A stretch of 64,000 bases of DNA from Acanthaster planci (Eukaryota), in assembly GCF_001949145.1 (NCBI RefSeq), contig NW_019091357.1, positions 2,670,558 through 2,734,557 on the forward strand, given 5' to 3'. The translations under genes and the position numbers were made by a program. Shown here one piece after another: positions 11,094 to 23,958 of the stretch (position 1 is the first letter of the stretch; each line of letters starts with the position of its first letter). The notes below the pieces were generated by a model. That model made no database searches. It was not told the origin of the DNA and saw only the letters and a list, made by a program, of their open reading frames with translations.

Positions 11094-12355
11094 TTATAGT
11101 GCTAACGTATCAACCCCGTCTGATAATATATAGTGCTTTGTGTCTAAAGTTGACAGACTCAACTTATTTTGCGACACCGTGAATATTTGATGTTTATCTG
11201 ATTTAAATAATTGCTGTTTATTGAAATGTTGCTTTTGTTCAAATAGGCAGCTTTTATGCATCTCGTGGGTTAGGTTCTTTTGAGTTACTACTTTTGTTAC
11301 CCCTTTCGCCTTCTTTAAATTTTGATCGGTAGTTAAGATCGAATACACTTTTGGGCGTATACAAATGACCTCTGAAATTATTAGACCACCAAAGTCGTCT
11401 TTCATTTTTCCGATGACCTTTTTATTTTTTGAATCGTAAAGTTGATGATCGGGCGGGTAATTACTAAAGTCAAACGATGTACGCTTTTTACTCAAATAGC
11501 CGTTTAAATCATCGGTTTGAATCTGAACTAACAGAGAATCAGTGTCCGTGTAAAGTAAATTTACTTTTTCACCAAAATTTGATTTTAGTTCGTTGTAATA
11601 GAAATCGTACATTAAAGCTTTGGATAGGTCGAGCACGCTTACTCCGCAATAGATCGGCTTATTTAGCTTGGTCTTTATGCGATACATTTCGATAAAGGAA
11701 AGGTCGCACTCTTTAAACGGCACGGTTGATCTGTAATTTGGTTTAAAAGTTATTTTTTTTATATTTCTCAGCGTCTTGTAAGTCCCTCAAAAAATGACCG
11801 TCCATACGAAAGCGCACGTTTTCTATCGTCATGCAAAAAACAGAATTATTCATCAATTTGAAAAAATCCTTCTCAAAATCAGATTTAGCCAATTTGCGCA
11901 ACTCGGTACTTTTATCGATGTAGCTTTTCATCCAAGGACACTGTTTAAACGACATGACGCGGTGTACCTCTATTAATTCTAATCCTAGTTCTAAATATTT
12001 TTGTAAAGTTCGGTAGTGAACCACATATTTTTGTTTAGTACCCAAAGTAGCCACGAGTTTGTCTACAAGGGTCACTTGCTCTCCGTTGCTAATTAATTTT
12101 TGTTGGTAGCTTGAAAACCATTCATTGGGAATTGATATATTTTCAGGTGCCAGCGGGAAGTCGTTGTGTTTGTCGTGCAGGTCTTGCGGTTAGTCTAAAG
12201 TCACTTCACACATGTCTTCGGCTCGTAACTTGGAAATAAATTCGGTAGTAAATTTGTCTAAGCTTTAACCACTGAAACTCACCTACGGGTAGATACTGAC
12301 TCATGCCATGTGGCCCAACCTTTTTCTCGTTTTTTCTATCGTCTTGACTTGACAT
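11094..12355 (-). pseudogene. Protein-primed family B DNA polymerase (C-terminal part; large internal deletion)
   Basis: Reads GMSQYLPVGEF, LHDKHNDFPLAPE, FEKDFFKLMNNSVF, KPIYCGVSVLDLSKALMYDF, LLYTDTDS and KKAKGV. A putative N-terminus MSSQDDRKNEKK (ATG 12355) is joined directly to the palm region. Confidence 0.93.
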
Positions 12356-13654
12356 GTTTTTTATATATTGTTATTTTTGTAAACATAGCGTATTTTGCAT
12401 TGAACAGAGCCGCGCTTCAGGTAGAGGTCACGAGTTCAGGCCGGAAAAGCGAGGGGAAGTCCCTTTTTTTGTTTGAGAGTGATTGTTTATGCGAATGGTA
12501 GCGGCCGGTGCATGCCACGAGTTGTTTATGGAAAAAGTGCGCCGGGGTCAAAAGGTCAAGGGGAGTGAAGTGGAAATCCCCGAAGCGAGTGGGTGAAAGG
12601 GGGGTGGCGCAAAACTCTCTATTTCCTACTACTGGGTGCGGTGTAGAAATCATGGTAGTGTTGGACTGTTCATTCACCACTTTTTAAAATTTTCCCAGGT
12701 ATTGACGTCTGGAACTGTCTTAGTTCGGTATAATTTGTGGTCAAGAACAGGGCTTAACATTAGCTTTACATGTAGACCTGTACTCGACTTGGTTTTGAGT
12801 TTACCCGTGGCTTTAAACAGCGTGGAGTACAAACTGTAAACTGACATCCAACTCTCACGAAGGACGTCACTAACCTGACACGTACACTACATTGCTGCCT
12901 GCTGCTCTGGACTGGACAGAAACTTTAAGAAACTTATAGTTTAACCTGTTCGGAATTCAAATAAAAATGGAGTATGGTACAAAATGAACGACGCGGTCCA
13001 ACCTTAGCCAAGCTTGGCCAGCATCATGTTTTGATGAGGTAGTGACATATTATGATGACACTGGAATGAGCAGTGATTGGACGATCCACACATACGCCCG
13101 CCCACACTTATTTTGTATTCACATACGAGCCTGGCGTTAGAAATCTTGTGCAAAATAAAGAAAAACATACGCTTTCGGTCACGGTTGAGCCAAGGCCTTC
13201 GTCTGGATTCAGCTGATGTTGCCCGCGTGAGGTCGCTGTTCGCCTTAAATTTTTCCACCGTACGTGTATTATGTAAACCATTGATTTGGATAGCGGTTCT
13301 GCTGATGATTAACGCCTTGCCCAAGGCTACATCCAAGTCCCTGGCCGTACGCGTGAGCCACTGACGGATGGAGACCGCTATAGTTGCCAATTCTNTCTCA
13401 GTTTCGAAAAGTCATTTTGAAACTTCTGCTTTTTGAAACTATCTCCCAGCAGAGTGACTCTACTTCTCTTATGAAATGCATTCTGGGAGTATCGGTTTAG
13501 ACTTCAATTTCATTCTAGTTTCTTTTACATACATTGTCCTAATTAAGTCTACTTCAATGCTAAACATGAACAAGAGAAAATACATAAGGCACACAATTGA
13601 AAGCGTCATGTATAGGCCTATGTTTAAGGATCCACTGACAAGGAAATAAGCCTC

Positions 13655-14356
13655 TTGCGCGTTAAATGAATAAAATCTAATACACTGAGTTACCTGATTG
13701 CGGCACAGAATTAATTTGAATTCCAGACTGAAGATACTGTTGCTATACCTTGTGATTGGGGACAAGTTTTTGCATAGCAACCACCGTCTCTGGAATGGAC
13801 TGGCTCCTCGATCTGTGCCCTTCTTATCCATTGAAAACAGTGTATTGGTGCAAGGCGTCTCTTATGTAACTACGTGTTGGATATTTCCCTAAATTGTGTG
13901 TCCCTTCTGTTTGCAACTCAACATATGTACAACCCAACAACGAAAGGAAACACCAGAGACTTGGTGTGCAAGCGTCTACATGTATTTAAATTTACAGGTA
14001 ACTACAACTACTAATAGTGTTTAAGTGTGTACAGGGATTGGACATTCAGAGGGGTACCCCTCCGTCCCATACCTTGCTGGGTATATCCGGTTCCACCCAA
14101 TGTCCACGTGACCAAGACTGGAGGAAGAAGCCTTCTGCGAGTTAACATTGAAACTGGTATACTGAGTGCTTTAAATTCACGTGGACATAACAATCTCCAT
14201 ACTAAGCTATATATCTCGAGAATCGGGGCAAGATTTTGCTTAATTACATAAGAGACGCCTTGCAACAATAAACTGCTCTCTGTGGATAAGAATTCGAAGG
14301 GCACAAAGGAACCAGTCCATTCAGGAGACGGTGGTCGCTATGCAAAACCTTGCCCC
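13655..14356. mobile_element. Palindromic MITE-like element (related copy at 41982-42346)
   Basis: About 13757-13870 is inverted at about 14243-14356. The related copy has TIRs GAGTTAA...AAAATCTGATACACTGA / TCAGTGTACCAGATTTT...TTAACTC. Confidence 0.6.
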
Positions 14357-14469
14357 GAATGTGTATACAAGTCTCTGTACGTGTGGCAGATTATGCAATG
14401 GTACCGCACATGATTGACACAGGCCACGGTGAATGACCTCACTGTTGGCTAGCACATTCCGGTCGAACG

Positions 14470-14852
14470 TTCCATATGCAGCAAGATATGCGACGGAGAA
14501 ACCCCCCCCCCCTGCTTTGCGTTGATCATTGTCTCGCAGGAATCTGGGGAATTCCTTTCAGACATCTTGGGGGGGGGATGTGTTAAGTAACAATAGTCTG
14601 GAATGTGTATAGGGATTGGACATGTTGGGGGGGGTACCCCTCGGTCTCATTTCTTGCTGGGAAAAGAGCATTCGGGAGACTTCCATATGAAGCAAGATAT
14701 GAGACATAGGAACCCCTCCCTTTGTGTTGATCATTGTTTCACCGGAATCTGAGGAATTCTTTTCAGACATCTAGGGATATGTGTGAGGTAACAATAGTAC
14801 TGTGTGCAGCTATTGGACATGTTGAGGCGAGGGTACCTGGTCTCATTTCTTG
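14470..14852 (+). repeat. Dispersed and tandem repeat family of about 200 bp
   Basis: Unit catatgcagcaagatat...tgtgttgatcattgt...ggattggacatg..ggggtaccc occurs in tandem here and again at about 26925-26979, 28118-28305, 35105-35285 (-) and 37485-37668 (-). Confidence 0.7.
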
Positions 14853-15175
14853 GCGGTGGGGCTGGCGCTCCAACCGCTCGGTCCCTGGGGGTGAAATTTT
14901 GGTTCTCCACTTTCCTTTTCTCGGCAATCACACAAGCCCGTACAATTTGAGGGTAATGTTGTATGAAGAATCCTATTCTGATTTTAAGTACTATTTCCAT
15001 ATTTCACAAGACTGCAGAGAACACGTTTAATATCCCACAACGGTGCGATCCGCGACGGAATGCACAGTTGAGTAATGCACAATTCACCATTATTTTGTTA
15101 TTCACTTGACTTTTTACTTTATTTCCGCCATTACTGTGGTGAGACCACGCTTGTAACCTAGAACTGTACAATTTT

Positions 15176-18100
15176 CTAAGTTACGACTGGCTTGGCTTGT
15201 GCAGTGTGCTGAGCCCGTGCAAGAGCCCTGATGCGCCTGTTGAGGCAGAAACTGGTTACCAAGGAGATTCCCGTCAGACAGAGCCAACACAACAGGGAAA
15301 TCCAAGATGCGGCCTGTGAATCAAAGAAAAAAGGAAAGTGGTTATGACATAGAGAGAGATTTTCATAGGGTTATATAAAGCGAAGAGTTAGAGCCAACTG
15401 CAGACTTTGGAACCCAAAATGGCAGTTCACGGTGTGCAGTGGAGTATTGAGCTATCATGTGCTAATTGTCCATACGCACTGAGGTATAAACGACCATTTT
15501 GGTTCCAACAATTGAGACACTCATGTCGCACCTCTCTATAGACGTATATACAGCTCAGAATCTGGGTATGCGGGATTGTCCTTGAGTGGTACGCTGGGGG
15601 CCACGTGACATTTGTTTGACCGATCAAAATGCACGCACAGACAGCGGGAAAGCGAAATGGCTGAATACTCGCCAAAACAGATCAAATTTCGGGATTCTTT
15701 TTGTCTTTTTTTATGACTGTTACGTGCAAAATTACAGGTATCACGTGCACTACACTCTCAGTTAGGCAAAGGTAACGAAGACTTAAGAAGAAAAAATGAA
15801 CAGGATGATGCTTCTCGATTTNNNNNNNNNNNNNNNNNNNNNNNNNNNNNNNNNNNNNNNNNNNNNNNNNNNNNNNNNNNNNNNNNNNNNNNNNNNNNNN
15901 NNNNNNNNNNNNNNNNNNNNNNNNNNNNNNNNNNNNNNNNNNNNNNNNNNNNNNNNNNNNNNNNNNNNNNNNNNNNNNNNNNNNNNNNNNNNNNNNNNNN
16001 NNNNNNNNNNNNNNNNNNNNNNNNNNNNNNNNNNNNNNNNNNNNNNNNNNNNNNNNNNNNNNNNNNNNNNNNNNNNNNNNNNNNNNNNNNNNNNNNNNNN
16101 NNNNNNNNCAGTGAAAGGAGACACAAATCCAGAGTTGTTTTCATTATTCTTAATTTGATCAAATAAATACCATTTTCAATCTAATCGGCAAAAAACCAAC
16201 TTACATGTAATATCCAAAATCAAAACAGTAAGTAAATATAAAGTCATATGAGATTACTTTCATAGTTTTCGGTCTTAAACTGTTGAGCATTGTTGATTAA
16301 TCTACGACAGGAAGGACACGCGATGCAGAACGAATCTCACCTCAGCTGTAGTGAGATTATAATAAAACGCTGAACCGTCGATAGCTTTCCAATCAACACC
16401 TCGCTGAAACCCGGCACACCTGTGATATTAGAGAAATCAAAAAGCAAATTATTAACTTCAAGTCAAGGAGTTAATCCAAGAACGTGCTTCTTAGGTCCTT
16501 GGTGAAAGAGCTTTTAAGGTGCTCCATTATTCAAAATTTTTGTTAAACGACCACAATATCATGAAAAAAGCCAAAGACGTCTGGTATCAAGTCTTCGGGA
16601 ATGCAGTGGATGATGGATGACAGATATTATGGCCACCACTTTTTCTATTACGGTAAACGGACGGCCATACACAAAAACTAACGTGATGTGATACTCACGT
16701 ATTGGGCCGAGCAGCGCCTTCCAAGTCCAGCAGATTATTGCAAAATGTCTTCAGCCCGACCGTCACCAGACACGCCTCCACAAGGACGAAGAAGGCCATG
16801 ACACCAAAGACAATGGTGACAACAAACCGGCCGCACGCTTGTCTGGAGATCGGCAGGAAATGAGATTTAAATACCAGGGGTTGATAATGGAAGTGCAGAC
16901 CAAATCCACTAAAGACAGTAATTTCATAGAGCTGCTTAAACCAAATCTGACCGTAAAGGACCACTTACGTTTGCAGGCCAATTAACAAAAATGCGAAAAG
17001 AATTCACAATTTCCTTACATTGTATCATGCCTGCCTTGCTTGAGCCAAAAAATTATCGCTTTAAGTGTCACCCTAATGCTCTCTCAAAAGCTCCAACTGA
17101 AGTATATTTCAAGAACTTACAAGACTGATATTTTAACCCTATTTGTGCATCTCAAAACGTCAACTTGCCAGTGTTCTCAGAATATTTTCCTGGTGAGAAA
17201 ATCTCGGGCAATTGTTTCCTGCTGTGACAGTATTGCCTCAATATGGTCCCTTTTCACAAAACAGAAAATTGCATTTAGCGGGTTTCTCATCAATTTGGAT
17301 CAATAATACAGCAAGGTACGCTTTTGTGATTCTGGCACGGTTTATGTCTGCTGAGTAATGAATACATAGTAAATCTAGAATCAAACCGAGCCCCAGCCCA
17401 TGATTTGCCATTTTATTACCACTATAAAACTTTTCCCTCACAGATTTATGCAAATGGTTTTGTTTCTTCTTTGCTGAAGGATAACGTTTTTGACAATGAG
17501 TGGCAGGCAGATGACAAATGGACTGTGGGAAGGCTACTGTACATGAGGCAAGTTGTAAAGTGCTCTTGCACTGGGTGTCTACTTCGGAGTCGTAATGTGT
17601 ACCAGTACAAAAGTCATGTGCTACCAACAACTCGAGAACTCAGCAGACTTTTTTCACCTATGTGACTGGAGTGCACAAATGTAAGCAATACCACCACGTG
17701 TGGACCGTCTTGGCCACGATGATTACATATATTCCTACGGGCAGCTTCAACCACGTACAGGTGCACATGCGAACGCTGCATACTTGACTAGTTTATCTTG
17801 AATGGGTATATTACCATCACAACACATCACAGGTACAGCATGATCGTAACATCACAGGAAAAAGGTATATAACTCATGGGCTAAGGCTCGGTAGGATACT
17901 AGATTTGCTATGTATGCATACCCAATACACAAAAATAGTGCCAGAATCACAAAAGTGTACCTTTCTGTATCAATTCCTCAAACTGAGGAAAAAACCCCAA
18001 AATGCAATTGTCTGTTTTGTTAAAAATGACCATATTGGAGGCAATACTGTCATAGCAGGATACAATTGCCCAAGATTTTCTGAAAAGACCATCGTTGGCC

Positions 18101-21100
18101 CTAATCACACCCAAAAGAAAATTATTCTGAGACCCCTGGCAAGTTTTGGGATGCAAAACTTGGGTGAAAAGGTCAATTTTGCAAGCTCTAAAAAATACTT
18201 AAAAGCAAGTTATTAAAAGAGCATAAGGATGACACTTAAAGTATTTTTGTCTCAAGCAGAGGCAAGGCTCACACTTCAAAGCAATATAAGTGGATGTGTG
18301 ACATATTCTTGCACTTTGGTTTGGTGGACTTTAAAAAAAATGAGCTAAAACCCAGCTTTTAAAGAGCCCCAAGTCAGCTTAAAATGCCAATAACACAAAA
18401 CGAGCTGTTTCCATGGCAACGGGCGACATATGGATTTGAAAAGTCTATTTCGTTTACTTGCACCCCAAGTCCTCTCATCCTACAAAGTATGAAAAAAAAA
18501 CTTCACCGTGGACACATGTCAGGTATTTATGTGAAATGACTCTTAATATCTTCCCATTAATTTCGGGGCAGGTTTTTTTACCCCGAAAATTGATTGCACT
18601 TTTTTTTAATCTTCCCATCATTGCAATGTTGTGGCTTCTCCTAACGACGGCCTGTTGCCTTATTACTCTGTGCAACAAGTATTAAGTGGTACTGTGCGTT
18701 GCGAGTACAGTCCTTAAACGACACAGAGTTTTGCTTGTTTCTTTCTTGTACTTCTTGACTTTCTTACATTTCCAGTTTTCCCCGACAGATGACCTGGATC
18801 CGATACGCGATGAACACCAGCGCCAGCAGGATACCAACCACCTGCGTCACCAGACAGAACTGGCAACGGGATTGGCTAGAGTGCGTGACTGTAAAACGCT
18901 TGGAGTCCAGTCGAGCGACAGAAGCCTTCAGAACACAGCCGCCCATCTGAGTCTGCCGCAAAAGAGAGAGATAACAACACAAAAAGAGCCGCCGTCGACG
19001 TCGTCATCGGTCATGTGACCTAGACGGTTGTCACGAGAAGGTGTTTCTCGTGACCTGTTTCTGTTTCACACAGATCCGGATCGCGATCATTGACTTGACA
19101 TTGGTTCATCCCGAGTAACTATGGATAGAGTGAACCAGCTTTGGGGTCACTGATCGAGGTCCAGATACCTATGAAACAGACATGGTTTGATATCTTCAAA
19201 CAGAATTGTGATGCATGTCGTCGGGAAATTCATACGGTATCACCAATTTTGCAAGAGAACACTTCTGAATTTTTTGTCAAATAATGAAAACAAACTTCGA
19301 AGTTTTTTTTTTCAATAAGGTGTGGGCTGATAACGTCAATTTTTTTAAACTTCATAAAGTACATGTATGTTGTTTGTGTCTAACTAAAGAGAAGTTTAGC
19401 GGTTTTTTTTTGTCCGCTTTCAAAACAAGTGCTGTATGACATAAGGCCCATCTCAAAGAATCCCATGATGTACCACAAGATGGCGCCCTTTCACGCGATA
19501 ACGTTAGCAATCCTTGTTTAATAATCTGCCTGCTGTTCATAACATTTTAATGATTTGGTTGATTGCAGAAAAGTCTTCAGTTTTAGTCATTATCCTAATC
19601 ACTGCCTTTGCCCTTCCAGCTATCCAAAACGTGAGGTCACGTGATATACCTGCTCAACTAGGTTTCAAAATATGAACCTGCCTGAAAATATCAGAAATTA
19701 CTGTTGTATGCATATTTTCCTGTCAACTTAGACTTTAAATTACTTGTAACTTGACACCTGATTACGTCATCTGATTAAAAAAAGTACATTTCGCTTCAAG
19801 GCTTATGGTGGTACCTTACTAATGTTAAAAAAAGATAGTAGCCAAATATCTCGAGCTTGTAGACACCAAATTTATAGAAATGACCCAACTACAGGCTATA
19901 TAATATTAATGTTAAAACATCCAATAACGGCAGCCTCTAATACCTGGACCAAGATATTGACAAGACGATGAACTCTGACCCCATGACGTGTTGTAATATT
20001 TAACCTCCCGGACGCAGAACGTGGTCTGTACCGCAGACCATGCTGAATTCTGCACAGCTTCTCTCCATCTCTCACATGGCATCTACATCCCGCCGGGGGT
20101 GGGGATGTATACCCCTCCCCCCCTTTATGACGGGGTGGAACATAGGATTATCCCCCGGTTTTTGTGCCAAGCAGAAGTTTTGAAAATGCTCCTTATCACC
20201 CACAAGCCATCAATGAGGAGGCAGAAACAGTAATTTCACTGTCGGATTTTAGTCTTGGTTACAAGGAAGAGAGAGGCAGGGACTACAGGTCGAGGATTAC
20301 AGTGCCATTATTAAGGTGTTTTTCATTATTTGGATAACTTCTGATCAATTCGAATTACTGTCCATTTCAGTTCATATCGAATGGAAGAGCCATTGCCATC
20401 CGTTCGTGCGTGGGCTCATAATTATTGTTTACAGGTTTTATTGGGAAAACTAGACCAAACATGGAAACAAACTTTAGTATACGTCGGTAAACCTTATGAT
20501 AATGATCCATGATTTTGGATAAATTTCTTCAGGCAAAAAAGCGTTCTCAGGATTGAAGGATTGTGGGAAGGTATTGTGTTAATAAGGCATGTGAATTTGT
20601 TTTACTTATCACGATTGACTGATTCCGCAAAGACACTTGTTTAGTATGTACCCGAGTTTCATTTCCCGGTTGTAGGATTCTGGGGGAAAAAATGCGCCTG
20701 AGTTTTTTAATACTTCGTCATGGTTGGAGGATTCCGGGATAGAATTGTGCTAATAATGCACACAGGTTTTGTATTATTTGTCATGAATATAGGGTTTGGG
20801 GAAGACGCTTGTGTTACTACTAACCTGATTTCTGTTCGTTTGTGACGACTGAAGGGTTCCAGTAAAACAATTGTTACCTAGGTACCTGTGTTTTGTTTCA
20901 TTTTTGTTTTGTTTTTTTTTACGAATGAAGGGTTCCGAGGAGACAACCCGAAGGGCCACAAGGGGAGAAATGTGTTTCGCCTGTTTTACAATACACTACA
21001 GTTTCCATATTATTTATCCTGCATAATGGGTTACGAGAAGACACCCTGAAGGGCTTGAAGGGCCTTGACGGAGAAGACTTCTTTTTGTTTCGCTTGCTTT

Positions 21101-23958
21101 AGCAATGCACCAGAGTTTTTCTTTTCATTTGTCATGATAGAATAAAGTGCCCTGGGAAGACACCCCGAGGGGCCTGATGGACCATATTGGAAGACTTGGA
21201 GTTCTGCATTTTATACTCCCTACATATAGTCTGACTGTCCTTCTATAAAAAAAATCCCTTTTTACTTCTTAGTTTGTAATCTTTGTACTGTCATTTGCAA
21301 AAGTTTAGGACCACCCGTAGAAAGTACATTAACCTGAAGGAAAACCAAACTTAAACCAATCAATTATGGCAACTTTTCAATATGTAACCCTCAACCTTGG
21401 TTGAACATTTTTGACTACATTTCCATGATTTGACATGTTAACAGTCTAATATTTAGTGTGCCCTCCCTTATTTCTGATTGCTTAGACTGGCTATCTTCGT
21501 TTTTTTCATGAAATTTGTAATTGACTCGTTAGTGATGCATTCAACGTTAATAATTTTTCAAGCTGTTTGTAAACAGAGGGTTGAAACACTCAGCCGCATT
21601 GTGATTTGTGAAACTCCCTCTCCCATGCTGTATAAACCAGATGTGATCTCTCAGAGGTATGGCGATTATTTTAATTCTGTTTTTGTACCCCCTGAAACAG
21701 AACTACCCAGTGTTCCACCTGAATGTGACTGTCCTCTTCCATCGGTCAAAACAGCTGATATCAGTAATCAAAATATTGTTAGAATGATTGACGACTTGCC
21801 AATGATAAATCCTCGGGTCCAGACAATACTACTCCACGGCTAGTGAAGTCGTGCTCTGGCATAATCTCACCAATTTTTTGTAATTTGTTCTGTATGTCTT
21901 TGCCTCAGGGTGAACTTCCCAGTATGAGGAAAAGAGCCAATATTACCCCCATTTTTAAATCACGTGATAGGAGTTCAATTTTAAATGACCGTCCCGTCGC
22001 ATTGACTTCGATTGTGTGTAAATTATGGAGACAATTGCAGCCAATGCCCTCGGATCTCATCGAGGTGACTACTTGCTCTTGTTACCAGAGCAACACGGAT
22101 TTATCAAAGGTCGGTCGTGCGTAACACAGCTTCTTAATGTTACCAACACGTGGTTAAAAATTCTTGACAAACCTCGCCCCCCAAATATTGATACGCTTTT
22201 TCTTGACTTCGCCAAAGCATTTGATGTAATGCTTCATGACATTCTACTCTGTATGTTGGCATAATTTACCCGGCAATGTATGGCAATGGATAAAATCCTT
22301 TGTTTCTGGCAGAGTCCAAAGAGTTTTAAACAAAGGTTCATTTTCACCGTGGCTGCCAGTGTTCTCAGGTGTACCTCACGGAAGTGTGTTAGGCCCAGTC
22401 TTGTTCGATTTATTCATTAACGATCTTCCCCCATGTACTTCATCTACTTGTTTATTGTTTGCCAATGATATGTTATTATATCGGCCAATAACCTGCCCAG
22501 AGGAGGAAAAAATTCTGCAAACAAGACCTTGATCAGATCCATTGTTGGTGTCTTAAGAATAGAATGTGCTTAAATATTAACAAAACGAAGCTAATGCAGG
22601 TTACATGGTCTAGAGATCCTCGTGTTCCCTCGTATACTCTGAACAATTTTCGTCTTAATATTGTTACAGAATATAAATAATTGTGAATCGTTTTGAGCAA
22701 TAAGCTGACCTGGGATAATCATGTGCAGTATATTGTCACTAGGGCTAATAGAATGTTGGGTTTCATAACTAGTGTTGCTAGAGACCCCTGCACGAATGCT
22801 AAGCTTGCCCTCTATATGACCCTGCCAATTTTAGAATATGGCCAGCCCGTTTGGCATCTTTACACTGCAACGCTTGTTGATAAAATTGAAAACGTGCAAC
22901 GTCGAGCCACCAGGATGATACTCGGACAGAGAAGACTGGAAATGGATTATGAAAACCCACTTAAACTTCTAGATTGGTCTTCGCTTAACTCAAGACGAAG
23001 GTTTTCATTGATTAGTTATGTGACGAAAGCATTGTACGGTGTATATGACATGCGATGTTGTCAGGCGGGACATCTCGGTGAACAGTCAGCAAGCTGACAC
23101 TGTTAGGTTCAACCACCTCAGAGCTCCTACGCAGACTTCACTGTTCTGCGGTGAATACTTTCCCACGATTATTGAGATGAACTACCTGATTCACCGAGGT
23201 CTGGGGTGGTTGAGCTTTCATTTCAGAGGTGGGCCAATTTACTGAGATGTCACGTCTGCTTTCCTGTATGAATTGGACGGTGGGTGTTTAGTGATAACTG
23301 GTTCATTTTTATTCCGTTCGTTTTTAGGTGCTTCACATTTTACTCATAATTTTTATAGCTAATTATCTTGGATGTAAATACATATTACTTTATTGCCAGT
23401 GGCAGCGGAGTTGGAGGCCTCTAGGCCACAGTTTGTAAGTAAACTTTTACAACTCCTGGCATGTGCCTTTGGTTAAATCGTTTGTGTATTTTATTTTTCT
23501 GTATTGCTTTTTTTTGGTTATTATTGTTTGTTTTTGTTTTATGCCGAATAAATAATAATAATAATAACAGTATAATAAAACCTGGAATCAATTCCCCGTT
23601 TCCTGTGTTGTTCTAGTCAGTGTTCATCCAATAAAAACAAACTCTTCTCGTGTGGATATTAAAGCAAAGTGAAGGAGCATGAAAGTGCACGGATCTCACC
23701 TTAACCGAATTTTAATAGGGTGTCTTTGTGGCACCAATCATAGCGGTGTCACATGATTTCCTGCCCCTCTCCACCCTCATTGGTCATCCCTCATCCCCTT
23801 ATTACTCACCATTACCAATCCATGCCACCAATTTCTCCTGCTAGCCAACCACTTACCGAAGTTACCCCAATCATTATGGATGCCGCCATTCCACATCCGA
23901 GAGCCACCAACAGAACGCCGACCTCCACGATGTTGACGATGGTCGTTTTGGCAGGCAT
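15176..23958 (-). CDS. TMEM179B: TMEM179B-like protein, copy T2 (215 aa, 5 exons)
   Basis: Exons 23958-23857, 18952-18768, 16842-16699, 16419-16341, 15313-15176 total 648 nt, open, all GT-AG. Ends AASWISLLCWLCLTGISLVTSFCLNRRIRALARAQHTAQAKPVVT*. Intron 4 spans the N gap, so the exon-5 linkage is assumed. Confidence 0.85.
21636..23569 (+). mobile_element. 5'-truncated CR1/L2-group LINE with (TAA)n tail in T2 intron 1
   Basis: RT motifs FLDFAKAFD, SGVPHGSVLGPVLF and IENVQRRATRMI. Tail aataaataataataataataa. Flanked by GTATAA on both sides, with the empty site in T3 at 31511-31516. Confidence 0.9.

Larger units (their letters stand above)
7605..12633. mobile_element. Decayed Polinton/Maverick (adintovirus-like) endogenous viral element, left end deleted
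   Basis: Dense intronless gene block with pPolB convergent on a retroviral-type integrase, plus gasderminX-like and penton-like genes. A GC-rich terminal region ends ...CTCTCTATTTCCTACTACT at 12633, the reverse complement of the 5'-AGTAGT Polinton-type terminus. Many stops and frameshifts. Confidence 0.9.

Noticed and set aside
13004..13390. ORF with a faint transposase-HTH-like stretch (TVEKFK)
   Set aside because: No catalytic motifs or TIRs; too weak to call.
15758..16162. Long ORFs made of X residues
   Set aside because: Artefacts of the N gap at 15822-16108.
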